38,928 nt of DNA from Minisyncoccota bacterium (GCA_041663725.1 JBAYME010000001.1:1-38928), one strand, 5' to 3'; shown: positions 6,414-15,485, counted from the first letter of the stretch. Numbers and translations are program-made. The notes: generated by a model from the sequence alone, not told the origin.

Positions 6414-9203
6414 ATGAATTTATTAAAAAATATTTTTAACAATCATTATAAACTTATTTTGTCTTTTGTTTTTTTGATTTTTTTTACTACTACATTAAGA
6501 GTAGTTGCAGTTTTACTTCCAGGTGCCCTTCCACCAGACGGCGGATATGATGCTGGTACTATTCTAGATCCAGGATGCGACCCAGAAGACCTAGATGGTA
6601 ATTGTATTGTTAAGGCAACTTCTGGAATATCAGAAGATCAAACGACACCACAGACTATCGGCGATAGTGTAAACAGACTATCCAAGCTCTGGGTTACAGA
6701 TATTAATGTCTCAAATCTAATTGATTTTAATAATACTGATTTAAATGTAAAAATCGGATATCAAGCAGGAAAAAATATAGCATTTGGTGCGCAACGTAAT
6801 ACTTTTATTGGTTACGAATCTGGTTTTTCTTCTGCCTTTGAGAATTCCAGTGCGGCAGACAACAATACAGCAATTGGATATCAAACTTTATATTCAAATG
6901 TATCAGGCGCCTATAATACAGCCAATGGTTATTATGCGCTTCATGGTAATACAACAGGTACTGAAAATACTGCAGTTGGAAATAGCGCTTTAAATAATAA
7001 TACAGTAGGAATTTATAATACTGCTACTGGAGCCGGCACACTTTATTCTAATGTTGATGGTTCTCAAAACACTGCAAATGGTGTTGCAGCGCTTCATGAT
7101 AATTCTTCTGGTAGTTATAATACTGCAAACGGTGTATCTTCTCTTTTTTATAATTTTTCAGGATCTCATAATTCTACAAATGGACACCAAGCACTTAATC
7201 AAAACAGAACAGGAAGTTATAATACTGCAAACGGAAGCAGGGCTCTTTATGAAAATACAATAGGTGAATATAATACTGCTAGTGGAGTAGATGCTGGACG
7301 TTACGTAACATCTGGTGGAGGCAACCAAACATCAACTCTTTCAGTTTATTATGGCTATAATACACGTGCCAGCTCTGATGGAAATACAAATGAAATAGTA
7401 ATTGGGTCCAATACATATGGAAATGGAAGTAATTCTATAACTCTTGGTAACGGAAGTATTACAAAAACAATATTAAGAGGGAATATTGGTGTCGGCACAA
7501 CTAGTCCGGCAGAGTTATTGTCCTTAGGATTAGAGGGCACAACTAGGGGAGTTCTTTCTTTTGCAGGTAGTACTTCAGGAAAAATTATAATTCAACCAGC
7601 GTCTATTACTGATAACTGGACAATGACATTACCTACTACTGATGGAGATGCTGGTCAAATTCTTTCTACTGATGGTTCTGGTGTGTTAAGTTGGATTTCA
7701 AATAGTGGAGTGCAAACTCCCTGGGTAAGTAATATTAACGCTGCAGGATTTACTCTTAATGGTAATAGTACTGCCAGTGGCAATTTAGTTTTAGATTCAA
7801 CTTCTAATGTTACAAAAGGTTATGTTTTACTTAACCCAACAGGAGGAAATGTCGGTATTGGTACATCAACACCAAATAATCTTTTACAAGTTGCAGATTT
7901 AATTGATTTTAATAATACAGACTCTAACACAAAATTAGGTTATTACGCTGGAAAAAATGTAGCAGTAGGAGCTAATTATAACACTTATGTTGGCTATGAA
8001 TCAGGTATGTCTAATGTTGTAAGTGATGTGTGGGCATATGGTAATACCGCCATGGGTTATCAATCATTATATTCAAACACAGGCGGAATGGAAAATGTCG
8101 CCATTGGTTATGGTTCACTTTATTCCAATACAACAGGAACACAAAACACCGCTATTGGTTTTCAATCTTTAACTTCAAATACAGCAGGTAGTGGTAATAT
8201 TGCTATTGGTTTTCAAGCAGATGTAGATGAAAGTGGTGGCTCATTAACTAATGCAATAGCAATTGGAGCTTACTCTACTGTTCAACAAAGTCATAGTTTA
8301 ATACTTGGGGCAGGTGGAACAAAAGTTGGAATTGGAACAACTGCACCGTCCACAATATTTGAGATTGGTTCCTATGATATAGGAGACGGATTGGCTGGCC
8401 CAGTAATAACACTAGGAATAAACAACAATGTTGCAAATTCCGGTGCAGGCTCAATTAATTTTTTAAGAAGAGATGGCACAGAAGGATATGTTTGGCAGGA
8501 TATGGCTGGTAAAATGAGAATAAATACAGTAGCTCCTACTACAGTCAACGATACTTCTGGAGATGTGATCGGTGAGCAATCTTCAACTCGAGAGACAAAA
8601 CAAGATATTGTTGATTTTACTGATTATAAAAATGCTCTTGCTCTAATAGTGGATGCACCATTACACTATTTCCGTTATAGAAAAGAAGTGGATGGTTATG
8701 GATCTGATTCTCCATTAGCTAAAAATCGTTTAGGTTTTATTGCTGATGAAGTAGATCCAATATTTATGTGGGATAATACAATTGATCAAGTATCTATAAA
8801 CGGACTCGTTATGGCTTCAATTAAAGAATTAAATATAAAAATAGAAGAACAAATTAAAGACATAAAAGAATTTAATCTAAGTGTAGAAAGATTGAGTAAT
8901 AAAATTGAAACAAAAATTCTTTGTGTTGGTAGTACTTGTGTTACAGAAGATCAATTCCTAGAAATAGTAAATAAAAATATTAATATTCCAACACCAACAC
9001 CAACACCAACACCAACACCAACAGAAACAGAAACAGAAATAGATCCAGAAATAGAAATACTCGAAGATATTATTCCGTTGGTAGTTCCAGAACCAGCTAC
9101 TATTATTGAATCAGACATAGTATTAATAACAACAGAATTAGAACCAGAATCAGAAGTAATATCTAGTGAAACACAATCAGTAGATATAGAAATAAATCCT
9201 TAA
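6414..9203 (+). CDS. Large tail-fibre/adhesin-like surface protein with C-terminal intramolecular chaperone autoprotease (peptidase S74-like) domain
   Basis: 929 aa. N-terminal hydrophobic anchor/signal. Two duplicated modules (LIDFNNTD..GY.AGKN) of NTA.G...L..N..G repeats. S74-like block SSTRETKQDIVDF...RLGFIADEV...INGLVMASIKEL, then coiled coil, (PT)6 and an acidic tail. Confidence 0.75.
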   Translation: MNLLKNIFNNHYKLILSFVFLIFFTTTLRVVAVLLPGALPPDGGYDAGTILDPGCDPEDLDGNCIVKATSGISEDQTTPQTIGDSVNRLSKLWVTDINVSNLIDFNNTDLNVKIGYQAGKNIAFGAQRNTFIGYESGFSSAFENSSAADNNTAIGYQTLYSNVSGAYNTANGYYALHGNTTGTENTAVGNSALNNNTVGIYNTATGAGTLYSNVDGSQNTANGVAALHDNSSGSYNTANGVSSLFYNFSGSHNSTNGHQALNQNRTGSYNTANGSRALYENTIGEYNTASGVDAGRYVTSGGGNQTSTLSVYYGYNTRASSDGNTNEIVIGSNTYGNGSNSITLGNGSITKTILRGNIGVGTTSPAELLSLGLEGTTRGVLSFAGSTSGKIIIQPASITDNWTMTLPTTDGDAGQILSTDGSGVLSWISNSGVQTPWVSNINAAGFTLNGNSTASGNLVLDSTSNVTKGYVLLNPTGGNVGIGTSTPNNLLQVADLIDFNNTDSNTKLGYYAGKNVAVGANYNTYVGYESGMSNVVSDVWAYGNTAMGYQSLYSNTGGMENVAIGYGSLYSNTTGTQNTAIGFQSLTSNTAGSGNIAIGFQADVDESGGSLTNAIAIGAYSTVQQSHSLILGAGGTKVGIGTTAPSTIFEIGSYDIGDGLAGPVITLGINNNVANSGAGSINFLRRDGTEGYVWQDMAGKMRINTVAPTTVNDTSGDVIGEQSSTRETKQDIVDFTDYKNALALIVDAPLHYFRYRKEVDGYGSDSPLAKNRLGFIADEVDPIFMWDNTIDQVSINGLVMASIKELNIKIEEQIKDIKEFNLSVERLSNKIETKILCVGSTCVTEDQFLEIVNKNINIPTPTPTPTPTPTETETEIDPEIEILEDIIPLVVPEPATIIESDIVLITTELEPESEVISSETQSVDIEINP
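8580..8850 (+). other. S74-like intramolecular chaperone/auto-processing domain inside the fibre ORF
   Basis: Ser724 and Lys729 lie five residues apart (S-T-R-E-T-K). Downstream are LGFIADEV and GLVMASIKEL, as in endosialidase/tail-spike C-terminal chaperone domains. Confidence 0.6.
8988..9023 (+). repeat. Hexanucleotide microsatellite (CCAACA)x6 encoding (PT)6
   Basis: Six perfect tandem units, followed by GAAACA x2 (ETET). Confidence 0.95.
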
Positions 9204-9211
9204 ATAAATTT

Positions 9212-11041
9212 ATGAAAAATTTTTTTAAATCTACATACTTATTTTTAATAATCTCTATTTTTTTAATTGTTGTTTTTTCTTTTTTTGTTAAAAATATTGA
9301 AGCAAGCAATATTGGAACTATTCCTGATTCTTCTCTTTGTACAGAAGGTACATCTTGTGCAGAATTAATGCAAGACAATAGTAAGATAAATTTTGGTTGT
9401 ACTAATTGTGAAGTTCAAGTTGAAGATACTTTTTTGTCTGGTTATGCATGGGGGAGTAATATTGGTTGGATTAATTTAAAGCCTACACAATATGGTGGAG
9501 TAATAAATAATACTGGTGGTGATGATGGGGTTTTGTCTGGTTATGCATGGGGGCAAAATGCTGGATGGATAAATTTTAAGCCAACTTATTCCGGGGTAGA
9601 AGGTGTTACTATTGACACTAATAACGGTGAGTTTAATGGATATGCTTGGTCACAGAATTATGGTTGGATTCATTTCGATTGTAGTATTGCAGGAAAGTCA
9701 GCTAATAAATGTGTAACTACGACATGGAGACCGTCACATACTACAACTGGTGGAAGTGGAGGTGGTGGAGAAAATTGTAGTAACGGAGCAACAAATTATC
9801 CAACCTGTACATTTAATTGTACAAACGGAGCAACAAACTATCCTACTTGTACAATAACTGAAATTGAAGATGAGACATGTACAAACGGAGCAACAAACTA
9901 TCCTACTTGTACAATAACTGAAATTGAAGATGAGACATGCGAAGAGACAGGAAACTGTCCTCAAGAAGTAACTTGTGATTCTTTGGGTACTTGTATAACA
10001 GCTCCAGTTACTATTATCGAAAATATAATCAATAGTATAAATACACCATTAATTAATTTTTTAAATCAAACATTTTCACCACCAGAAATTGAAAAAATAA
10101 AAACAGGCTTAAAGGTTACTACTGCAACTTCAGCAATCATTGCTACTGGAATTACAATAGGCACAGCTTTACTCTTGAGTCCTCTTGCCACACCAGAGAT
10201 TTTGCTTTTACCTTTGCGTTTATGGGCATTATTACTTACTGGATTAGGTTTAAGAAAAAAAATAAAACCATGGGGAACAGTTTATGATTCTGTAACTAAA
10301 CAGCCACTTGATCCAGTATATGTAACATTATTTAATCTTGATGGAGCTGAAGTATCTTCTTCTATAACAGACCTAGATGGACGTTATGGGTTTTTAGTTC
10401 CACCTGGTGTTTATAAAGTTGTTCCAGGAAAGACTAATTATATATTTCCATCTGCAAAATTAGCTAGTCACATAAGTGATGAACTTTACCCAGATTTATA
10501 TTTTGGAGATTATTTACATATTGCAGAAGGTGAGACCATTGCAAAGAATATTCCTATGGATGCCATAAATTTTGATTGGAATGAATTTGCAAAAAACAAG
10601 AAGCAGATTTTTAATTTTTACTCTAAAAAAGAAGTAATGTTTGCACGTATTTCATCGTTCTTTTTTGTAGCTGGTGCCATATTAGCAGTTCTTGCTTTGT
10701 TTATTGCTCCTGAGCCTTATAATTTAATAATTTTTGGTTTATACGTTTTATTATTTATATTAAGAAGAGTTACCTTTAAGAAAAAAGCGCGAGGAAAATT
10801 GATAGATAAAAATGGAGACCCATTATCTTTTGCTTTAATACGTGTATTTGGAGCAAATACTAACGTTGAGATAGCTCACAAGGTAGCAGATAAAATGGGA
10901 CGTTATTTCTGTTTAATTCCAAATGGACAATATTATGTACAGGTTGAAAATAAAAATCCTGACGAATCTTATTCAGTTGTTTATAAATCAGAAACTCTCG
11001 AAATTAAAAATGGTATTTTAAATAAAGTGTTTAATGTATAA
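9212..11041 (+). CDS. Signal-peptide GW-repeat / NGATNYPTCT-repeat membrane protein with two carboxypeptidase-regulatory-like beta-sandwich domains
   Basis: 609 aa. Three GYAW(G/S)xN.GWI(N/H)(L/F) repeats, Gly run, three NGATNYPTCT repeats, hydrophobic helices around aa 300-345 and 490-525. DLDGRYGFLVPPGVYKV and DKMGRYFCLIPNGQYYVQVE resemble CarboxypepD_reg domains. Confidence 0.6.
   Translation: MKNFFKSTYLFLIISIFLIVVFSFFVKNIEASNIGTIPDSSLCTEGTSCAELMQDNSKINFGCTNCEVQVEDTFLSGYAWGSNIGWINLKPTQYGGVINNTGGDDGVLSGYAWGQNAGWINFKPTYSGVEGVTIDTNNGEFNGYAWSQNYGWIHFDCSIAGKSANKCVTTTWRPSHTTTGGSGGGGENCSNGATNYPTCTFNCTNGATNYPTCTITEIEDETCTNGATNYPTCTITEIEDETCEETGNCPQEVTCDSLGTCITAPVTIIENIINSINTPLINFLNQTFSPPEIEKIKTGLKVTTATSAIIATGITIGTALLLSPLATPEILLLPLRLWALLLTGLGLRKKIKPWGTVYDSVTKQPLDPVYVTLFNLDGAEVSSSITDLDGRYGFLVPPGVYKVVPGKTNYIFPSAKLASHISDELYPDLYFGDYLHIAEGETIAKNIPMDAINFDWNEFAKNKKQIFNFYSKKEVMFARISSFFFVAGAILAVLALFIAPEPYNLIIFGLYVLLFILRRVTFKKKARGKLIDKNGDPLSFALIRVFGANTNVEIAHKVADKMGRYFCLIPNGQYYVQVENKNPDESYSVVYKSETLEIKNGILNKVFNV
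9818..9937 (+). repeat. Perfect 60-bp tandem duplication (2 copies) inside the GW-repeat ORF
   Basis: 9818-9877 equals 9878-9937 (CTNGATNYPTCTITEIEDET x2). A degenerate third copy lies upstream (~9776-9817). Confidence 0.95.
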
Positions 11042-11130
11042 TTTTTAAATTTAGCCGCACTAAATTTAAAAAATTTAGTGTAGGACTTGCGTTTTCTGTT
11101 CGTTTATAGTAGATTACTATGTATTAAGTT

Positions 11131-11553
11131 ATGCCAACAATTAATCAATTAATTAAGACAAATAGAAAAAAGACAGTATATAAATCCAAAGCAGTTGCTT
11201 TGGCGCGTGGTTTTAATGTTTTGAAAAATAAACCAGTATTTTACCCAGCTCCATTTAAAAGAGGTGTGTGTACTAAAGTTACTACTACAACTCCAAAGAA
11301 ACCAAACTCAGCTCTTCGAAAAATTGCCAGAGTTCGTTTAACTAATGGTATGGAGGTGACTGCATATATTCCAGGAGAGGGACATAACCTACAAGAGCAC
11401 TCAGTCGTTATGCTTCGTGGAGGACGTGTTAAAGACTTGATTGGAGTCAGGTATCACATTGTACGTGGAGTTCTTGATACTCAAGGAGTTGAAAAAAGAA
11501 GACAGAGTAGGTCACTTTATGGAAACAAGAAACCAAAGGAAGCAAAAAAATAA
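11131..11553 (+). CDS. rpsL: Ribosomal protein uS12
   Basis: 140 aa. MPTINQLI..., [28 protein letters not shown]. Confidence 0.97.
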   Translation: MPTINQLIKTNRKKTVYKSKAVALARGFNVLKNKPVFYPAPFKRGVCTKVTTTTPKKPNSALRKIARVRLTNGMEVTAYIPGEGHNLQEHSVVMLRGGRVKDLIGVRYHIVRGVLDTQGVEKRRQSRSLYGNKKPKEAKK

Positions 11554-11554
11554 A

Positions 11555-11582
11555 TTATCAATTACGAATTATCAATTACGAA
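11555..11582 (+). repeat. TTATCAATTACGAA box, perfect tandem x2, ending 6 nt before the rpsG ATG
   Basis: 14-nt unit at 11555-11568 and 11569-11582. Confidence 0.9.
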
Positions 11583-11588
11583 TTAAAA

Positions 11589-12059
11589 ATGAGACGTAAA
11601 ATTAAAAATAAAAATATAGTAGGAGTAGATTTTGTTTATAATTCTCAAAAATTAGAGAAGTTTATAAACTACATTATGTGGTCTGGGAAAAAAGAAACCG
11701 CTAGAAAAATAATGTATCAAGCTTTTGATGTGATTAAGGAAAAAACAGGAAATCCAAATCCTCTTGAAATTTTTGATTTAGCAATGAAGAATGCTAGCCC
11801 TTTGACCGAAGTTCGCTCAAAGCGTATTGGAGGTGCAAACTATCAAGTTCCCCGTGAAGTCCGCCCAGAGAGAAGACTAGCTCTTGCAATGCGATGGATT
11901 CGTGATGCTGCACGTTCAAAAAAAGGACAACCAATGCACATTAAGCTTGCTGAAGAATTAATTTTAGCTTCTAAAAATGAAGGATCAGCTATTAAGAAAA
12001 GAGAAGATACTCACAAGATGGCAGAATCAAACAAAGCCTTCGCACACTTCGCTTGGTAA
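11589..12059 (+). CDS. rpsG: Ribosomal protein uS7
   Basis: 156 aa. GKKETARKIMYQAF, RIGGANYQVPREVRPERR, AFAHFAW C-terminus. Confidence 0.97.
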   Translation: MRRKIKNKNIVGVDFVYNSQKLEKFINYIMWSGKKETARKIMYQAFDVIKEKTGNPNPLEIFDLAMKNASPLTEVRSKRIGGANYQVPREVRPERRLALAMRWIRDAARSKKGQPMHIKLAEELILASKNEGSAIKKREDTHKMAESNKAFAHFAW

Positions 12060-12060
12060 A

Positions 12061-12082
12061 AAAATTGCAGAGCAATTTTTTT
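12061..12082 (+). terminator. Terminator-like hairpin 1 of the rpsG-fusA spacer
   Basis: AAAATTGC-AGA-GCAATTTT plus T-run. Confidence 0.55.
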
Positions 12083-12103
12083 ATCCTGAGCTTGTCGAAG
12101 GAT
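12083..12103. repeat. REP-like 21-mer (copy 2, inverted)
   Basis: ATCCTGAGCTTGTCGAAGGAT is the exact reverse complement of 5403-5423. Confidence 0.85.
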
Positions 12104-12120
12104 ACATTTATAAAATTTTA

Positions 12121-12146
12121 AAAAATCCCCGAAAGGGGATTTTTTA
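12121..12146 (+). terminator. GNRA-loop terminator AAAAATCCCC-GAAA-GGGGATTTTT
   Basis: Identical 24-mer recurs at 19839-19862. A close variant is at 24413-24436. Confidence 0.75.
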
Positions 12147-12182
12147 TTTGCAAAAAGGAACATTATGTTATATATTACTAGA

Positions 12183-12200
12183 AGCGCAATGGCGCTTTTT
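12183..12200 (+). terminator. Terminator-like hairpin AGCGC-AATG-GCGCT plus T-run
   Basis: Fourth consecutive hairpin between rpsG and fusA. Confidence 0.5.
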
Positions 12201-12226
12201 AATATTAAGTTATAAATAAAAATTAT

Positions 12227-14377
12227 ATGGAAAGAGACTATCCACTAGAGAAAGTTAGAAATATTGGAATTATTGCCCACATTGATGCGGGAAAAACAAC
12301 TACCACAGAGCGTGTGCTTTTTTATACAGGTGTTTCTCATAAAATCGGCGAGGTGCATGATGGAGAAACTACCACAGACTGGATGGAGCAAGAAAGAGAG
12401 AGAGGAATTACTATTACATCTGCTGCTGTTACTTGTTTTTGGACACCAACTTATGCTTTAGCTGATAAAAATAAAAAACATCGTTTTAATATTATTGATA
12501 CACCTGGGCACATTGATTTTACAGTAGAGGTCAAAAGATCTCTTCGAGTATTGGACGGTGCAGTGGTTGTTTTTGATGGAGTTGCTGGAGTAGAACCTCA
12601 ATCAGAAACCAACTGGCGTTATGCCGATGAAGCAAAAGTTCCTAGAATTTGTTTTGTAAATAAATTAGACAGAACAGGCGCTTCTTTCGAGCGTTCCTTC
12701 GCTACTATATTAGACAGATTAACCAAGAAAGCTGTTCGTTTACAAATTCCAATTGGTCTTGAGGAAAAACATGAAGGAGTTATAGATCTTCTAAAAATGA
12801 AAGCTTTTTATTTTGAAGGTGAAATGGGCAATCAAGTTATTGAAAAAGAAATCCCAGAAGAATTAAAAGCCGAAGCAGAAAAATATCACAGTGAGCTGAT
12901 AGAAAAAATTGTTGAATTGGATGACGTGACAATGAATGACTATTTAGAGGGAAAAGTTCCAGACATGGAAACCCTAAAAAAATTATTAAGAAAAGGAGTT
13001 ATTGCTAATGAAATTTTTCCTGTTTATGCTGGTTCAGCTTTGAAAAATAAAGGAGTTCAATTGGTTCTTGACGGAGTAGTTGATTATTTACCTTCACCTC
13101 TTGATATTCCAGCCATTGGCGGAACTGATCCAGATAATAACGACGCACCAATAGTTCGAAATGCTTCAGATGAAGAGCCTTTTTCAGCTTTAGCTTTTAA
13201 AGTAGCAACTGATCCATTTGTCGGACAACTTATTTTCTTTAGAGTTTATTCTGGTAGCTTGTCTTCTGGTTCTTATGTATATAATCCACGAACTAGGAAC
13301 AAGGAACGTATTGGTAGAATATTAAGAATGCATGCAAACGATAGAGAAGAAGTTAAGCAAGTTTTCGCTGGAGAAATTGCAGCTGCTGTTGGACTTAAGG
13401 ATACTATTACTTCTGATACTATTTGTGACGAAGAACATCCAATTGAATTAAATAGAATTATTTTTCCAGAACCAGTTATTCAACTTCGTATTGAACCAAA
13501 GACAAAAGCTGACCAAGAAAAAATGGGAATGGCTCTTAATCGTTTGGCTCAAGAGGACCCTACTTTTAAAGTTTCTACTGACCAAGAAACAGGCGAGACA
13601 ATTATTGCTGGAATGGGAGAACTTCATTTGGAAATTCTTGTTGATCGTATGAAAAGAGAGTTTGCTGTTGAAGCTAATGTTGGTAAGCCACAAGTAGCCT
13701 ACAGAGAAACAATTACTGGAACAGCTGATGCTGAAGGAAAATATATTAAGCAATCAGGTGGACGTGGTAACTATGGTCATGTAAAGATTAAAATTAAACC
13801 AATGGTCTCTCTAACTAAAGAGGAAGTTGATGATTTACCTAAAAACACTAAGCGTTCAGAAGGATTTGAATTTGTTAATAACATCAAAGGAGGTGTTATT
13901 CCACAAGAGTATATTGCTCCATGTGAAAAAGGATTTAAAGAAGGCCTAGACAGAGGAGTACTTGCTGGTTTTCATATTGTAAATGTTTCTGTAGATCTTT
14001 ATGACGGTTCATATCACGAAGTCGACTCTAATGAAATGGCCTTTAAGATCGCTGCTTCTATGGCTGTGCAAGATGCTTGTAAAAGAGCAAAACCAGTTAT
14101 TCTAGAGCCAATGATGAAAGTAGAAGTTGTTACTCCGGAGAAGTTTATGGGAGATGTTACTGGTAATCTTTCTTCAAAGCGTGGAATTATTGAAGGAATG
14201 GAAGACAGAGGAATGAATAAAGTATTAAATGCTATTGTTCCTCTTTCAGAAATGTTTGGTTATATGACCAGCCTTCGTTCAATGACAGAAGGTCGCGCAT
14301 CCTTCACTATGGAATTTGTACGATATGATATAGTGCCCAATAACGTAGCAGAGACTATTATCTCAGCTAGAAAATAA
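12227..14377 (+). CDS. fusA: Translation elongation factor G
   Basis: 716 aa. [18 protein letters not shown], and conserved domain IV/V sequences. Confidence 0.98.
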   Translation: MERDYPLEKVRNIGIIAHIDAGKTTTTERVLFYTGVSHKIGEVHDGETTTDWMEQERERGITITSAAVTCFWTPTYALADKNKKHRFNIIDTPGHIDFTVEVKRSLRVLDGAVVVFDGVAGVEPQSETNWRYADEAKVPRICFVNKLDRTGASFERSFATILDRLTKKAVRLQIPIGLEEKHEGVIDLLKMKAFYFEGEMGNQVIEKEIPEELKAEAEKYHSELIEKIVELDDVTMNDYLEGKVPDMETLKKLLRKGVIANEIFPVYAGSALKNKGVQLVLDGVVDYLPSPLDIPAIGGTDPDNNDAPIVRNASDEEPFSALAFKVATDPFVGQLIFFRVYSGSLSSGSYVYNPRTRNKERIGRILRMHANDREEVKQVFAGEIAAAVGLKDTITSDTICDEEHPIELNRIIFPEPVIQLRIEPKTKADQEKMGMALNRLAQEDPTFKVSTDQETGETIIAGMGELHLEILVDRMKREFAVEANVGKPQVAYRETITGTADAEGKYIKQSGGRGNYGHVKIKIKPMVSLTKEEVDDLPKNTKRSEGFEFVNNIKGGVIPQEYIAPCEKGFKEGLDRGVLAGFHIVNVSVDLYDGSYHEVDSNEMAFKIAASMAVQDACKRAKPVILEPMMKVEVVTPEKFMGDVTGNLSSKRGIIEGMEDRGMNKVLNAIVPLSEMFGYMTSLRSMTEGRASFTMEFVRYDIVPNNVAETIISARK

Positions 14378-14390
14378 AAAAAAGAAAAAA

Positions 14391-14420
14391 GAAAAAACAC
14401 CCTAGAAATAGGGTGTTTTT
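14391..14420 (+). terminator. Intrinsic terminator after fusA
   Basis: ACACCCTA-GAAA-TAGGGTGT flanked by an A-run and T6. Confidence 0.85.
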
Positions 14421-14578
14421 TATATTAGTCTTGACTTTAACTAATAAATATGCTTTTATACTAGTAAAGTAATAGACCTTTGAAATAGAATTTAATTAGA
14501 TTTAGATTCATTTCTCGTGCTTCTTTATGGAGGTTGGGGAAATGAATTTTAAGTTTAATTATTAAAAAAAATAAAAAA

Positions 14579-15325
14579 ATGAAAAAAAACAAAAAAGAAC
14601 TACAAGAAGAGATTTTAATTCTTAAAAAAAAATTAGAACAACAAAGGGAAATGTCTAAGATTATATTTCATGATTTAAGATCGCCATTTAATTCAATTCT
14701 TGGTCTTCTGGAACTACTATCTGAATCTTTTGATAAAAATAGCAATAAGGATAATGAAACATATGCCAAAGCAATTTATCTTTCCGCTAAAAAATATTAT
14801 TTATTTTTAGAAGAATGTCTGGAATTTTATAATGCGAACTCAAAAAGCATTAGTTATAATCCAGAAAGAATAAACATATTTTATTTAATGGATTCTTCTT
14901 CTTCTATATTTAAAGATAGGGTAACCCAAAAAGAAATACAGTTTACTATGCACCCAATGCTATATTCTGACATAATGGTAGATAAGAACATGATTTTGTC
15001 GGTATTTAGAAATTTAATTTCCAATGCGATAAAGTTTACGCCAAAAGGCGGAAAGATAAATTTTTCATGTCACTTGTTGAAAAAAGATCAAATCACTTTT
15101 GAAATAAAAGATAGTGGTATGGGGATGACTAATGAGCTTCTTTCAAAACTATTTAAAATAGGAGAAAGAGTTTCCAGAAATGATACTGAAAATAAAGCAG
15201 GTTGTGGTCTGGGACTTTTGATAGCAAAAGAATTTATTGAAATTCACAAAGGCGGCATAAGAGTAGAAAGTACAGTCGGGGAAGGGAGTACCTTTTTTGT
15301 CTCTCTACCTTATCATGAATTTTAA
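14579..15325 (+). CDS. Soluble orphan sensor histidine kinase (coiled coil + HisKA + HATPase_c)
   Basis: 248 aa. H-box IFHDLRSPFNSILG, N-box NLISNAIKFTPKGG, G1 DSGMGM, G2 GCGLGL. No TM or recognisable sensor domain, and no response regulator nearby. Confidence 0.9.
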   Translation: MKKNKKELQEEILILKKKLEQQREMSKIIFHDLRSPFNSILGLLELLSESFDKNSNKDNETYAKAIYLSAKKYYLFLEECLEFYNANSKSISYNPERINIFYLMDSSSSIFKDRVTQKEIQFTMHPMLYSDIMVDKNMILSVFRNLISNAIKFTPKGGKINFSCHLLKKDQITFEIKDSGMGMTNELLSKLFKIGERVSRNDTENKAGCGLGLLIAKEFIEIHKGGIRVESTVGEGSTFFVSLPYHEF

Positions 15326-15340
15326 TTTTTACATAAGAAC

Positions 15341-15377
15341 AATGCTCAATCTTTATTAAAAAGGTTGAGCATTTTTT
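15341..15377 (+). terminator. Terminator after the histidine kinase gene
   Basis: AATGCTCAA...TTGAGCATT (9 bp) followed by a T-run. Confidence 0.65.
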
Positions 15378-15384
15378 ATTATAT

Positions 15385-15412
15385 TTGACATTATTTTGTA
15401 ATTTGCTATTAT
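15385..15412 (+). promoter_or_regulatory. Candidate tuf promoter TTGACA-N16-TATTAT
   Basis: Consensus -35 at 15385-15390, -10 at 15407-15412. Leaves a ~175-nt leader. Confidence 0.55.
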
Positions 15413-15454
15413 CATAACAACTGCACTTTCTGCGGTTTTTATATTGCATTTTTT

Positions 15455-15485
15455 TCAGCCATTAGGCTGATCCGCCCTTTGCGGA
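15455..15485 (+). repeat. Twin GC hairpins in the tuf leader (TCAGCC-ATTA-GGCTGA, TCCGC-CCTTT-GCGGA)
   Basis: Directly abutting hairpins. The second belongs to the TCCGCC/GGCGGA family seen at 22040 and 22999. Confidence 0.6.

Noticed and set aside
8988-9937. Tandem repeats (CCAACA x6; 60-bp x2) considered as CRISPR or minisatellite non-coding arrays
   Set aside because: The repeats are contiguous without spacers and lie in frame within long ORFs, encoding PT linkers and NGATNYPTCT modules. No cas genes are present.
6414-11041. Prophage or phage remnant, based on the tail-fibre-like gene
   Set aside because: No capsid, portal, terminase, baseplate, lysis or integrase genes or att-like repeats flank it. 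The neighbours are a site-2 protease and rpsL. It is treated as a cellular surface fibre, possibly of phage ancestry.
11977-12219. 80-aa ORF spanning the rpsG 3' end and the rpsG-fusA spacer
   Set aside because: It is out of frame with rpsG. Its sequence (..PELVEG..NPRKGIF..) is simply the translation of the REP-like element and terminator hairpins.
14531-14570. GGAGG-N8-ATG mini-ORF (MNFKFNY) upstream of the histidine kinase as a leader peptide
   Set aside because: It has only 7 codons and no attenuator structure around it, and Shine-Dalgarno usage is otherwise absent in the window. The evidence is insufficient.
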